The notes beneath the pieces were generated by a model. That model saw nothing but the letters and a program-made list of their open reading frames with translations. It was not told where the DNA came from and searched no databases. From Isurus oxyrinchus (lineage: Eukaryota): 64,000 nucleotides of DNA. A program made the position numbers and the translations under genes. Of the stretch, positions 1 through 13,664 are shown in pieces (position 1 is the stretch's first letter; every line of letters begins with the position of its first letter). The stretch is taken from positions 26,102,001 through 26,166,000 of the forward strand of contig JANJGN010000002.1 of NCBI GenBank assembly GCA_026770705.1, given 5' to 3'.

Positions 1-1050
1 ATTAGATGTGTAATTTTTCTTATTTTGGTTCCCTGAATTTATTCTGATACTCGATGGAAGACGACATGTTTAAATAGAAAAGACATTACTTGTTCTTGGA
101 TAAAATGGATAAAATGGGAGTCATGTTACAGAGAATAGGAAGCCTATTTGTCCCTATAGATTTGTTTCTATGTGAATGTGCAAGTGTACATATGTATGGG
201 AGAAATTATATGTCTCAAGGCCAGAAAAAGCACATTTGATCAATACAGAACAAGTACTGTGAATTAGAATTTTATATCTGGCCTCATGGGCTATCAGGTG
301 GAGATATTATTTAATCTATCCCCGGGCAAGCTTATGGACCTACTTCTATTTGTCACTCATAAATATCTTCAACTGGAATGGAATCAATGGTTGCAGTTTC
401 TTTGGTGCGTGACAGATCTGAGAAAAAAATTGTGTTCTTCAGCCTATCTCTTATTTATGTGGTTCATATATTAAAATATTGTAAGAGACAAGGTTGGAAA
501 ATCAACTGAATATTTTTATATAGCATAGCAGATCCATAAGTGCACTAATGTTCATTTTTTAAAAAAGAAATTCTGATAGAATACTGGGTATTGTGAACCA
601 AATAGATGGCTAAGGTGTTATTAAAGCCCTAACTATGAGCTGCTACTTTGTACTGGGAGCATACACTCATTGGAATCTTCTCTCTATCCTATTGATAAAT
701 AGAAAACAAACTTCATGCACCGGTATATTAGTTTTATGGCAATATGTCCTATATAATTTAAAAGGGCACAAAAATAAGAAACAAAACCATTAATTCAAAC
801 TTATTTTTTTATAAACAGACTTGATAAAGAAGATTTCCGAATCAATCACCAGATCAAGGTTTGTCAACAGCTTTATTAATGACTGAAATTTTAGTTGGTA
901 CATCAGCAAAACAGGCAAATGAAATGGGCAGGTGCAAATTATATATTTTGTTAATTAGAAATACATTTATCAATGAATTAGCTATTTATGGTATTTTCAG
1001 ACATAGTGTCCTGTCTTGTAAAAAGACAGCAAAAGGCTTCTTGATTTTGT

Positions 1051-2353
1051 GGCCTGAATTCCGCTCCTGGGTCAGGAGCGACATTTGGGTCAATTCCAGG
1101 CCCCACAAACCCAACCCAGGAAAAGTGTCCCAGAAGTTCAGATTTTTGTTCCGGGGATGGGGGTGGGTGACCCCGGAGTCAGTTTGGAGGCTGCCAGGTG
1201 CGGAGGCCGGACTCAGTCATCCAGCACTTCGAGCTTATGAAAATATCAGTAAAACAAAAGATAGCCCTGAAGCCCTCACCCATCACCCCTTCACTAACCA
1301 CCCCCCCCCACATTCCCCATGCCCAATCCATGAGAAGCCATACAAACCTACGTGCCCCACTTACCCTCCATGCCAACCATTCTCTCCACCTACCTCCCCT
1401 ATGAAAACCTATTCCACTCTACCAAACACTGTGGCCCTTTATAGCCCCTATGCCAACTTAGTGCCAACTCATGCCAACCCATCACCCATTGCCCTTACAC
1501 TTATCATACCAACTCATCCAGTATCCACTGAGGAGTCCCCAGGAGCCATACTGAGATTAAATAAATTTTTTAAGTATCTATTGATGAATGTGCTATTTAA
1601 AAAAATCACACACACATTGATAAAAACCCATTCATCACGTTTAAATTTCCTTTAATCTTTTGTAAAAGCAAGCATTTGTATTCATAGTCCCACTTCAAAG
1701 AGTTTATAGCCATTTGGAGTTGTCAATCAAACTGTGAACTGACAGGAATCCTGCTGCAATAGTGATAGGTTGTGAATTTAGTCATGCTGCACCAATTCTA
1801 TAATGGTGATCTTTAGGCTCATGTCAACAGACAGAGTGAAATATCAAGGACTGATTTTTTTTTAACACTGTGGACAGTTTTTTTCAAATATTTAACGGCA
1901 GGATATTTAATCCTCTTTACATCTTGATAGCTCTTTTAACAGTTCACTTGACAGTTCCAATGAGTTTATCCACTTTTTATATACATTCATGTCTAATTTT
2001 AACAACCCCAAAGGTGTCCAGGACCACATCCAAAAGGGTACGCTACCTCTCCAAAAGGGTATCCTACCTCTCCAAACAACTCTGCTAACATTAGACTTTC
2101 TCCCACCAGGTCTAAAGGGCACAAGTTGTGTTTTGGACATCTCACTAGCCAAAATCAGATCTGTCTGAAGGCAATTGCACTGTTACATGTGCAGTTGCCT
2201 CCATGAACCACGGATGTCCAAAGTGCAGCTCACACCCGTTCCCCCACGCCCTGCAAAAATGGTGGGGGCCAGATTCCAGGGTGGGACTTCTGGATCCCAT
2301 CTCAACAGCCATTTTCGCAAAGACAGCCTCCCATCTGCGTGAAAATGCAGGCC
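1051..2353. mobile_element. Non-autonomous TIR DNA transposon, PIF/Harbinger-like
   Basis: Ends GGCCTGAATT... and ...AATGCAGGCC are imperfect inverted repeats, flanked by a 3-bp duplication TGT (1048-1050, 2354-2356). No credible coding capacity. Confidence 0.7.
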
Positions 2354-3080
2354 TGTGTTTTAAGGGAGTAAGACAGAACAAAATATCTGAACTCGTGCAA
2401 AAGAATAACAAAATGTCAGCATTAGAGTGGCCTTCAGGAAGTGGCTTTGTTTTAATTAGTATCTTCAATAAAGGATTGGAGGCATTGAAAGGTTGACAAA
2501 AACTGTCCTTATGCACTGTACTAGCATGGCAACAGTAAGCTAAGCATGAAATGTAGCACCATGAAAATTCTCTAAGATGCACATCTTTGCAATCCAACTA
2601 GTAATAAAAAGGAAAATGCTCATAATAGGTAGAAATTAAGATTAATTTGAATTTTATGAGGTCAGGGCAAGTTAATTTCTACTCTATCAGCAACAAAATC
2701 TTGACAATAATTTTTTGCATTCTTTTAAATTATTTAAAGCACTTATTTTTTTCCTGTGCAAAAAGCATTGATACACTAAAAGGTGCACGTCACACATCAG
2801 ATTTATAGTCCAGTTAGTCCAAAGGAGATTATCAATAAACAATGCATGCTCTTGATGAAACTTCAATTGTAGTTTCAAAGTGAGCTAGCACCACGTTAGT
2901 CATAAACTGTAACATTAATGAAAGGAAATGTTATCCAAAACAGATTTCTTCTTGTGGCTTCAACAATATACGAGGTACAACATTCCCATATACCTCTACT
3001 TGAAAATACAAAGAAAGAAAGGAAGGTTATGCCATGAAACCTAGAGCTCTCATCTTTGGAGCATTGTTTAAACACACATA

Positions 3081-6000
3081 AGGTGGAATTTTCCAATGGC
3101 CCCATCGGCAAGATCAATGGCAGACGGGGGTGGGGGTGGAGGGGGGAGAATTCGGCGGGAGGTCCAAAAATCCGTTTCATGCCAGTGTGAAATAACAGCG
3201 GGATCTTCCGATACTGCCCGCCATGGCAGATCGCGATTCCCACCAGAGGCCGGCATGAAACTGATTTGCATCCCATTAATGCCCGATTCTCTGCATTGCC
3301 GCGGGGAAAACACATCAGTCCGGAACATGTCTGGACCAACGTGGCGTGCAAAAGTCGGGGCTTACCTTAATGGCCTTGGTCAGCTCACGGGCATCCGACA
3401 ACAAGATAGAGGCCTCCAGCTATTGGAACCTGGAAAACCACATGCAGCACAAGGTGGGTGGAGCTTCATCCATATGGCTCCTCTGCAAAGCGTCTTCCAG
3501 AAGGTGGGAGTTCTCCACGCAGCAACCTTGCTCAGGCTTTGAACCTTCTTCTATGGACTTCGCTGAAGCTTTGGACCTTCTTCCAGGGACACTGCTCTTG
3601 TTTTGGACCTTCTTCAAGGGACATTATTCTTGCTACTTTCAGGGACTTTGCCATGGGATTGGATCCTCTTCCAGGGACATTGCCATGGGATTAGATATTC
3701 TCCCAAAGACTTCACCTGATTGGATCCTCAAGCTGCATGGCATATTATTGGGCGTTGGTGGAGTGTTGGATGGGGGAGGAAGTTAAAGGCTAGGAGGACT
3801 GCAGTTGTGGTGGGGTATGGGGTCTAGAGGGGGGCTTTGGTGGTTTGAAGTAGAGGGAAAGGCTTTACAGGAGTGCAGCTAGGAGGCAGAGGGAATAGAT
3901 GGGGAGGTTGGGTTAAGGTTGCATTGGTTGCTGAGCAGGGGGTGTTTGGGGGGGCAGGAAGGTAATGTCCAGGTGTGTGAAGGGTGGGGGGGGGGGGGTT
4001 AAGTCCAGGTGTGTGAATGGGGGGTAAATCCAGGTGTGTGAAAGGGGGGTAATGTCCAAGTAAAGAGGCTCACAGGGTCACAGGGAGGGGTTGGTGGAGT
4101 TGACCACTGACTCCTGGGGAGAGAACTCAGGGTTAGTGTGTTTGGTGGGAATGGGCACGGTTACAGGGGTAGATGGAGCTGGTGGAGTGGGAGGGTGAAG
4201 GGTGCAATGGTGTCATGTGAACGGTTGGTGAGGGTCATTCATGAGGACTTGTAAGTAAACAAGAACTCAGTGGGGGTCGGGGGTGGGGGGTGGTGGGCAG
4301 GAGGAGGTCGAGCAGGTCAATGTGTACGGAGGTAGGATTTTCGGGTAGGAAGGGAACATAAGCATTAACCTGGACTTTATCAAAGGAAAAGGGTTGGGTT
4401 AGAGGGTAACAGTGAGGAAGTCAAAGGTAACAGTGGCAGCGGAGCGGGGTGGGGGGGGCATCAAGAGAGTAGATGACCCAGGGATTTTCAGCTGCCACTC
4501 CTGCTCCCTTAGGGTGCCCGAAGGCCCTGGCCTGACTCTTAGAGGGGAAGCGGCATCTGGAGGGAGGTCGAGGTTCCCAGTCACCCTCTCACATGCCAAC
4601 AGCAACATGGTTACTGCGGTGAAGTGCAGATCTGCGTGCATCTCCAGCAGGATCTACTGGACTAGAATCTCCATGGAGTCCGCCAACCTCCCCATGGACA
4701 CCTTGATCCATGCACAGGTCAGCACCACTTCATCCAAGAGCAGGCAGACAGACTCCCCAGACTCTCATAGCGGGCCTTGGACACCTCTGCCTGATGTTAC
4801 CCCCGCTTCTGGCTGACGCTCCACCATTAGTTGGAAGGCCGATTCCAAAGGTCCATCATCGGACTCATATCTCGCTGATGCCTCTTCCTCAGCAGTCCTC
4901 CAAGTACCGGTGGTCTTAGTTGACTCTGCCTTCTCCTGCTGCGGACACATGTCTGTGTGGTGACCATCAGATTGTGAGACCATTTCCAAAGCTAGAACTA
5001 ATACCCACAGAAGTGTGTGTCCCTGGGCTGGTGGAGGGTACAGTTGTCTGCTGTGATGCCTCTTAGGTGAACCTCTCTCCTCTTCCCTCTTTCCTGGCTC
5101 CTCTGTGGGCTAGGGCTTTTACTGAGGCAGTTGTCATCCACGGGCATTAGGTCCTGGTAGCACCTATAAGTGAGAGAGGAGAGAGCAAGTGACAGCATGA
5201 GCTGCCTCCAACATGGATGCATGTTTGGCTATCATGTTTCTACACCATGGACGCATCCTTATTGGGAGAACGGCCAAGTCCAAATTCCCCATCACCAACT
5301 GCCCAATCCCGCTCCGCGCCTGCCAACTGAGATGCCCTCTCCCTGAAATCTGTGAGATGCCTCAGATGTGTGGACGGCCCCCCCCACCACCACTTTTCCC
5401 CCGTTCCCTATGGTTGTGCCTTATGGTTCTCCTGCTCAAAGACAACAGGAAAAACATTTAAGAGGAGCTGTATATTGCATCCATTTGTACATTACATTTT
5501 GACATGCAATTTACATTCTTCCACTCTTAGAGAGCCCACTGTTGTGTGACATGGCATTAATGTACTGCAAGTTGTCCAGAAGGGCTGTGGCCAGACCCCT
5601 CCAGAGTGCTGAGCCCATCCACATGAAAGGAGAAGGCTCAGACTGGAATCTGATTTGCAGAGGTTGCTGGTGCCCTCTGAGCCTAAGCCCTTTCCAACCC
5701 CCCACCCCCATACATGATCTCTTGATGTGGACGGGCAAAAGAGGCATAGTGGTTACCCCACCACACAGTGCATGCACGACATTGTGGCTGTGAGGCACAA
5801 CTATCCGTTGCCACAGAGGCCCATGTATCCTGACACATCTCCTTGTGATTGGTGTGAGCAGCTGAAGCGTTATTTACCCTAGCAGAGCGAATGAAGTTGT
5901 TCATCCTTTTGTGGCACTGTATTACTGATTTCTTCTGTACCGTTTCCCTGCTCGGCCTCCTCCTCTCATCAGCCGGGTACAGTATATTCCTCCGGACCTG

Positions 6001-6308
6001 GTCCAGGAGGACGTGCAGGGAGTTGTCACTGACCTTCAGTGCTGGACATGCACCTCCCTTTCCAGACATCTCCATGGTTCCTTTCGACAGTGGACATCCG
6101 GACACCTTTTAAATATGGCATCTGGATATGACGGCGGGGCAAGCGCCATCCAGCCTGCCCCAACATGCAAGGCATCGGGAAAACCCCGGCTGCATAATTA
6201 ATGGCACCAGGGCCGGAAGCTACCACGGAATTTCCCCTCGGCCTAGGCAATGGGAAACACTACCTGCCTCCACCTTCGCCACTTTCTCCAGATGGGAGAA
6301 TGCTGCCC
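3081..6308 (-). mobile_element. Degenerate ~3.2 kb PIF/Harbinger-like element with a Myb/SANT-like ORF remnant
   Basis: Termini AGGTGGAATTTTCC / GGAGAATGCTGCCC resemble the GGGCRGRATTTT TIRs of other copies in the window. Flanks are ATA/ATG (imperfect 3-bp TSD). The interior is GC-rich and contrasts with AT-rich flanks. Confidence 0.6.
5878..6075 (-). pseudogene. Harbinger-type Myb/SANT-like DNA-binding protein, first-exon remnant
   Basis: Translation ...VSDNSLHVLLDQVRRNILYPADERRRPSRET...QCHKRMNNFIRSAR resembles the Myb/SANT-like protein of Harbinger elements. It ends at a plausible donor AGG|GTAAAT (5878/5877). The central helix appears deleted. Confidence 0.55.
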
Positions 6309-6976
6309 ATGGAGCTTGGTTTACCTACTTTGAGTCTTCAGCAGAACCTTTTCTGTTCTTCAAACCTTTGGCAAGAGATTATTTTAATTTTTCATCTAAA
6401 AATCAACTATGATGGTTACTATATGTTAGAATTTCTGAAAAAAACTTGATGTACTTTATTTTTTGATTTCAACTTCTTCATATTTTATCAAGCAAAGGAA
6501 CTTTAAACTTGTAAGAAAAAGACATAGAGTTGGGGCTTCCTTCATGGTACATTGTTAGTTCCAGTGCAAATTGACCCAACCAGCTCCAAAGAACGAGGAA
6601 TTTCAAGGTCAAGTTACATCCAGTGCAAATCGCATTTCCACAAAGTTTTGGATTTCAAAAATATTGAGCTCTGCCCTGCCCACAAAACTGACCATGTTCT
6701 CTGATCAAAATAATCACTAATTGCACTCTATTTGCAAGGAGGCTCTTAAAATTGAGCTTTTTTAGGGCACTAATGAGTGCCTTTTAAATATTTTTGTTAA
6801 GGAGCTGATCACTGTATTTCGATCAACGTAACAGTAAAAGGTTCAGTATAGATTTTTTAAAGCTATTTTTGGTTATTTAAAGTCTGGTAGTTTGTAGGTG
6901 GTGGTCTAGATGCTGATTTAAAATGCTTAAATTTGGGATAACCCCATTCTCAGCTGTATTAACAATACTACATCAT

Positions 6977-7606
6977 GGCCAGGATTTTGCCACTCATCGG
7001 GCAGGCTCGGCTGGGATGAGTGGGAGGGGCCAGGGAACCGACTGCTGCCCACGATTGGGGCCGGACCGTGATTTCACGCAGCCCGCCCAGTGTGAAATGC
7101 GCACTGCAGCGCTCAGAGCCGCCTGTGTGGGGGGAGGAGGGCGAGCGGGGAACTTCGTGCAGGTGTGCGCAGGAAAAGCTCCCTGAGGCACATAAAGCAT
7201 TTTAAGCTGTTAAAGAGCACATGCCCTCACGTGACTCTGGTACATGAGCGGGGACATGTTAGAAATTAGTGTGAAATTTTTAAAAAATTTTTACTGATGG
7301 ATCGAAACGTCATCCCACCCGCCAATGAGTTTTCGCCAAAAATGCAAAGGCCACTTGGCCTTTTCACCTGCCCACCAAGTGTAAGGTTGGACGGGCAGCA
7401 AAAAATTTAATTCAGTTAGATTGTTAATGGCCTTAATAGGCTTGTTAATTGTCGGCAGGCACACTGCCGACTCCCGCACACGCCCACCAACCAAAATATG
7501 GTGAGTAATCGATGACATCGGGACGCTCGCCCGGCATCATTGTGCTTCATTTTATGCTCGCTCAGGTCGGGCACCTGCCCACCCGACGAGATAAAAATTC
7601 TGGCCC
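6977..7606 (+). mobile_element. Harbinger-type MITE, ~630-690 bp family, copy 1
   Basis: TIRs GGCCAGGATTTT / AAAATTCTGGCC with a 3-bp duplication CAT. Internal sequence matches the copies at 7634, 42273 and 51776. Strand is relative only. Confidence 0.8.
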
Positions 7607-7633
7607 ATGTTTCCAGTCTCAGTTAAGTTCAAG

Positions 7634-8296
7634 GGACAGAATTTTTACCTCGGCAGGCAGGCGCGTGCCCAACCTGCTTGAGAGTAAAATGACGCGTGTT
7701 GACGTCGGGCAAGGGTCCTGACATAACATGCAGTTGCGCGATATTTCGGTCGGTGGGTGCGCGCGGGAATCATCAGCGCGCCAGCCAACGATTAAAAGGC
7801 CATTAAAAAGATAATTAACTTAAATTCTTCTCTGTCCATCCAACCTTACGGTTGGCTGCCAGGCGAAAAGGCCAAGCGGCCTTTGCACTTCTTAGGAAAC
7901 CTCATCCATGGGCGAGATGAGGTTTCCAACAGCAAATAAATATAAAATAAAACATTTTACATTTCATTTATAACGTGTCCCTGCTCATGTGACAGAGCCA
8001 CATGAGGGAGCATGTTTTGTAACATTTTTTGAATCTTTATTTTTAAAAAATTTTAAACTGTTTATCTCCCTGAGGTAACTCTGTGCCTCTGGGAGATTTA
8101 CAAGTGTGCACTCACAGGCATCTGCGAAGTTCCCCACTGGCCCCGCTCACCCTCCCTGCCGCCCCACACAGGCAGCGCTGAGCGTTGCCTCTCGCGTTTT
8201 TCGCTGGGTGGGCCTTAATTGGCCTGCCAGCATGAGATCACGGCCCGGCCCCGATCGCCCCCACCGAGCCTGGTCGGCAAGGGCAGAATTCTGCCC
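7634..8296 (-). mobile_element. Harbinger-type MITE, same family, copy 2 (opposite orientation)
   Basis: TIRs GGACAGAATTTT / AGAATTCTGCCC with TSD AAG (7631-7633, 8297-8299). Its start is the reverse complement of the end of copy 1. Confidence 0.8.
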
Positions 8297-9445
8297 AAGG
8301 AGTATTTTAATGCAATAAAGAATGATAAAAAAAATAATGCTCCAATTTCACTTGTTCATGGAAGAGTTTTGCATTTGACGGTTTGCAAATGAGTTTAAGT
8401 GAAAACTTGAGCAAAGAATTCACTTTGCAAACCTAGCATAATTTTGAGCACAATTTGCACCTGGATAGCTAATTGCACCCAAAGTGGAAACGCCTGACCT
8501 AAACATATTGCAACAATATGTTGCTCATGTATTGTGCCTTAAGTTTATTCAAAAACTTGAGTTATTCCCTCCAAAAAACACTGCTGTTGGACTACTTCTG
8601 AATTATGCAACTGTCCCTCTTGGCGGTTCTTTTCGCATAAACCATTGGTCATTTTGTGATCAGACTGTATCAACATTTTTTATTGTTCTTTTAGTAAATA
8701 AATTTAAAAACATATTGGAACCTTAGATTAATAATTGCTATCCCTCAAACTAAATTATTTATTCCCATTTTCCAGCTATTTCCATTTGTTGTGTTTAATC
8801 ATTAAGAATGTGATTTACTGATCACCTTCAAGGAACTCTAATCTATAACGTGCATGCCCACTTGAAGTTAGATCTGCTCAATAATTAATTTAACCCCACA
8901 AATTTGGGCAACAGGTTGCAAAATGCACTGTAGAAATCAGTTTTTTTTCAATTATTACAGTAGTTTAAACTGGTAGAAATATTGATAAATTGTTTATTTA
9001 AGATTTTTTGACTGATGTCTATCCAACAATGTCTACAAGTTGTCTAACTATTTCGACTCTAAGACCTAGATATATTTTAATTGGTATTTTTGATTGTAGC
9101 TGTTCACATTTTTAACTGTCAGTGAAAAATACTTTGCAACCAGGGAAATTCTATATACTGCAATCAAACACAACTGATTTGAACTCTCCCAATTCCTTTG
9201 TTGCAAAATTGACAGCTTGTGGAGTACAAGCCTCACAAACTAATAAATTTCATAGTTCACTACTGAGGTGTCAATGCTGGACTAAGCATTGCACCAGATT
9301 TAATCTCTGCCTCAGTTAAGGTGCAAAACCAATCATGCTTCCCCCTCCATCACAACTTGGTGACTCCAATGATAACTAATTGTCTGTTCTACCACTTTGC
9401 TAGAAAAATCCAAAATTAATCCCATCACTCTGCTGGCTCTTCGTT

Positions 9446-12400
9446 ATAAGAACATGAGAACCAAAGGAATAGGAGCAGGAGTAGGCCACACAGCCCCTCA
9501 AGTATTCTCTGCCATTCAATACGATCCTGACTGATCTTTTGCCTCAATTCCACTTTCCTGCCCACTCTCCATATCCCTTGATTTATTGAGACACCAAAAA
9601 ACTGTCTATTTCAGCTTTAAATATACACAACAATGGAGCGACTGCAACCCTTAGTGTACACAATTCCAAAGATTCACAACTTTCTCAGTGAAGTCATTTT
9701 CCCTCATCTCAGTCCTAAATTATCAACCCCTTTATCCTGACACTGTGTCCCCATGGCCTAGATTCCTCAGCCAGGAGAAACAACCACTCAATTTCTACCC
9801 TGTCAAGCCCCTTCAGAATGTTATATGTTTCAATGCGATCACCCCTTGTTCTTCTAAACTCTAGAGATGATAGGTGAATTTACTCAGCTTCTCATCATGG
9901 GACAACACTCTCATTCCAGGAACCAATCTAGTGAACCTTCGCTGCACTTTCTCCAATGCAAGTATATCCTTCCTTAAATATGGAGACCAAAACTGCACAC
10001 ACTATTCCAGGTATGGTCTCACCAAAGCCTTGTACAATTGTAGTAAGACTTCTTTATTCCTGTACTCCAATCCCTTTGCAACAAAGGCCAACATGCTATT
10101 TGCCTTCCTAATTACTTGCTGCATCTGCTTGCTAACTTTCTGTGTTCCTTGTACGCACACACCCAATCTCTCTGAATGTCAATATTTACAAATTTCATAC
10201 CTTTTATAAAATATTCTGCTTTTCTATTCTCACTATCAAAGTGAATAGCCTGACACCTCCACATTATATTCCATCTTCCACCTTGTTGCCTAGTCAGGTA
10301 ACCTGCCTATGTCTGTTTGCAGCCTTTACGTCCTCCTCACAGTTTACTTCCCACCTAGCTTAGTATTGTCAGAAAACTTACTCCCGATCTCTTTGCCTAT
10401 AAGTCAATAATAAAGAAAGGAAATAGCTGATGTCCTAGCACTGATCCTTGTGTTACACCAGTAGTTACAGCCTGTCAGCTTGAAAACACCCAGTTTATGT
10501 TGGCTCTGTTTCTTGTCCATTAAGCAATATTTTATTCATGCTAATATTTTACTTCCAACTCCATGAACCATTATCTTGTGTATTAAACCTTTTGTATTGC
10601 ACCTTCTTGAATGAGTTTGGAAATGTTAGCACCTACTGCCTCCCGTTTATCTGCCCTACTAGTTACATCCTTAAAAAGCTCTAAATTTGTCAAACGTTAT
10701 TGTCCTTTTGTAAAATCATGTTGCCTCTGTCAGATATCTATGATTTTCTGTGTGTATTGTTAAGACTTCCTTAATAATAAATTCCAGCATTTTCCTGACA
10801 ACTGCTGTTAGGCTAACTGTCTTGTTGTTCCCTGTTTTCTCTCTCCCTTTCTTAAATAGAGGCATTACATTTGCTAACTTCAATTCACTGGGACCATTGT
10901 AGAATCTTGAAAAATCATAGTCAATACATCAACTCTTGCTGCAGCTACCTCTTTAGACCTTTATGGTATTAGTCCCTTAAAATTTTCCCAATACTTTTTA
11001 TCTGTTGATATTAATTACTTTAAGCTCCTCGCTCTTATTAGCCCCTTAGTTGCCCAATATCCCTGATATGTAATTTGTGTCTTTTATTGGTAAGATAGAC
11101 ACAAAATAGTTGTTCAATGTCTCTGCTGTTTCCTCATTCCCCAGGAAAATTTCTCCTGTCTTTTCTTCCAAGGCATGCTTACTTTAGCCACACTCCTTTT
11201 TATATACTTGTAAAAGCTCTTACAATCCATTTTTATATTCCTGCTAGTTTATTCTCATTTTCTATTTTTCCCCTTACCATCAACTTTTTGTTGCCCTTTG
11301 CTGGTTTCCCAAACTCTCCCAATCCTCGAGCTTTTTATGATTCTTTGTGACATTTTAAGCCTCTGCTTATAATTGTGATAATACTATTTTTGACTCTCTT
11401 AATAAGCCATAGGTGGAGCTTTCTTGTTGAGTATTTTTTTAATGGAATGTATTTTTATTGAACATTTTGAATAATTTATTGAAATATTTTCCACTGTTTA
11501 TTTGCCACCAAACTTTTTTTAGTCCATTTACCCAATAGCCCAATCTTCCCTCAAACCTATGCAATTGACTTTAAGTTTAAAATTCTTGTTTGGGACTGGA
11601 GTATGCCTCTCTCAAACTTAGTATAAAATTCAATTGTATTATGATCACTCTTTCCCAGAGGACCTTTTACTGTGAGATTACTAAGTAAAGCAGCCTCATT
11701 GCACAATATGAGATCTAAAATAGCTATACCCATTGTTGGTTCCACAATGTTATGTTCCAGGAACTGTTGTGAAAGCATTCTGCAAACTCATCTTCCAGAA
11801 TACCTTTGCCAATTTGATTTGTCCAGTCTATATGAACATTAAAGTCCCTCAAGATTGTTAAATTGCTTTTGTTACAATTATTTCTTGCTTAATGCTCTGC
11901 CCAACCGTATAACTACCCATAAGGGGCCTATTAACTACTCCCATGAACATTTTCTAACATCTGTTATTTCCTAATCTCTATCTGTACTTATTATGATTCC
12001 TGATCATCTGAGCCAAAATCCTTTCTCACTACTGTCATTATGTTATCCTTTACTAGCAGGGTTAATCCTCTTCATTTTCCATTCTCCCTTTCTTTTAAAA
12101 ATGTTGTGTACCCTGGAATATTTCATTCCCAATCTTGGTTACCTTATAACCATTTCTCTCTAATGGCGATTAGATCCAGACTATTTATCTCTATTTGTGC
12201 TCGTTCATCTATCTTATTATGAATGCTTTATGCATTCAGAGAAACAACCTTAAATTTTATTTTTTTACTACTATTCTTTGCATGGACCTTTTTTGCTGAA
12301 ATTCCATGATTCCATAACCATCAAAATCTTTGTTCCTCCCCGTCCCACTGTTGCTTGTCTTTACCCAAATTACTACAGTGCTCTGTTATCTCAACTTTTC

Positions 12401-12900
12401 TCTTCAGAATTCTAAATCTCCCTTCACTTGACCCCTCCCTTCTCCCTTTTAATTAAAATCAAATCCACAGACCTGGTTATACAATTTGTCAGGAGACTGA
12501 TCCCAGCTTGGTTTAATTTGAGTCAATCCCAGCAGAAGGGTACCTTTTTTCCCCAGTACTCGTGCCAATGCCCCATGAATCAAAACCTCTTCTCACACCG
12601 CTCGTGAATTCTCAAATCTGCTTGACCCTATGCAAATTGGCACGTGACTCAGGTAACAATTTAGAGATTATTACCTTTGTGGTTCAGCATTTTTCTTGGG
12701 ACCCTAACTTCTTAAATTCCCACAACAGGACATAATTCCTAGTTCTACCTGTGTCATTGGTTCCTACATGGTTCAAGACAATGGATTTTTCCCTTCCTGC
12801 TCCAAGCTAATCTCCAGCCATGAGGAGATGTGTTTAAACCTGGCAGCGGGCAGGCAACACAACATTCAGAACTCTGCTGCTGCAGAGAACAGTATCCAGC
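9446..12900 (-). mobile_element. Degenerate near-full-length CR1 LINE
   Basis: CR1 3' tail at 9446-9520, then RT C-terminal remnants (LYKALVRPYLE*CVQFWSPY) and APE endonuclease remnant (ILDLILCNE...LGKSDHN, ORF 11557-11778). A possible ORF1 esterase-like remnant lies near 12760. Many stops and indels; the 5' boundary is approximate. Confidence 0.85.
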
Positions 12901-13664
12901 CCTGGGGCTATACTGTCCCTTATCTCGAGCACATTCCTTTTTACTAGCCCTACCCCGTGTGCCATCCTGTTTCAAATATTTACTTGTGGATCCCATAAGT
13001 TGCAATTACCTCTGGTAAGTCATCTCACGCTTTAGCAACAATATGTAAAAAAAAACTTAACCACTTTCTTCGTTAATGACTCCCCAAACCAGAGGTACCA
13101 GTAATGTACTTCATGTGCAAACATTTTATTTATCCACATGCAATGTGTGGTGGGAAGCCATACTGGTAATAGTTTTGACAAGTTATAATACGTCCTTAGA
13201 GCTGTCTTTTCAATTTTGGAAAATTCACCGCTTGAGAATTGAAATTAATACCTGATTACATTATTCAGCCAAAACTGTCATAATTGTATAACACTGATTT
13301 AACATAGAAACTACTCAAGATTACATTAAATATTTTGAATTATTCACTTACGATAATTAATGCAGAAAATTACATGAAAGCACCATTGCCTGAGCCATTT
13401 TAGCAATATCATGCAGATTTCAGTTTAAAAAAAATCTTGGATTAATAACACCTTTGCAATTCAATTCACTGCGATGCTGAATTATTCAAAAATTATTAAT
13501 GATACTGTCTTCAGCTCTCAAAGTTATGCTAAATGGAGGCACTTCTCAGAAAATTAATCATATTAATGGCATAATCACAGCTAATCAATTTCATCTGATT
13601 TATTCTGTCTCTGCCTAGCACTGCAAAAATGAAAGCACACAATTGCGATATCTACATGTGGGAA

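Larger units (their letters stand above)
6532..8495. mobile_element. Old TIR element hosting two younger MITEs
   Basis: Left end GGGGCTTCC...TTCCAGTGCAAATTG and right end CAATTTGCACCTGGA...GGAAACGCC form ~40-bp degenerate inverted repeats. Confidence 0.45.

Noticed and set aside
1-1050. Exon of a neighbouring gene such as rgs7
   Set aside because: AT-rich sequence with no recognisable coding similarity or convincing splice-bounded frame.
861-1655. 264-aa ORF
   Set aside because: It has a non-ATG start, crosses a transposon boundary at 1051, and translates a C/A-rich low-complexity MITE interior.
3096-5800. Many 60-150 aa ORFs as host genes
   Set aside because: They lie in the GC-rich interior of a degenerate transposon, with no coherent exon structure or recognisable protein family.
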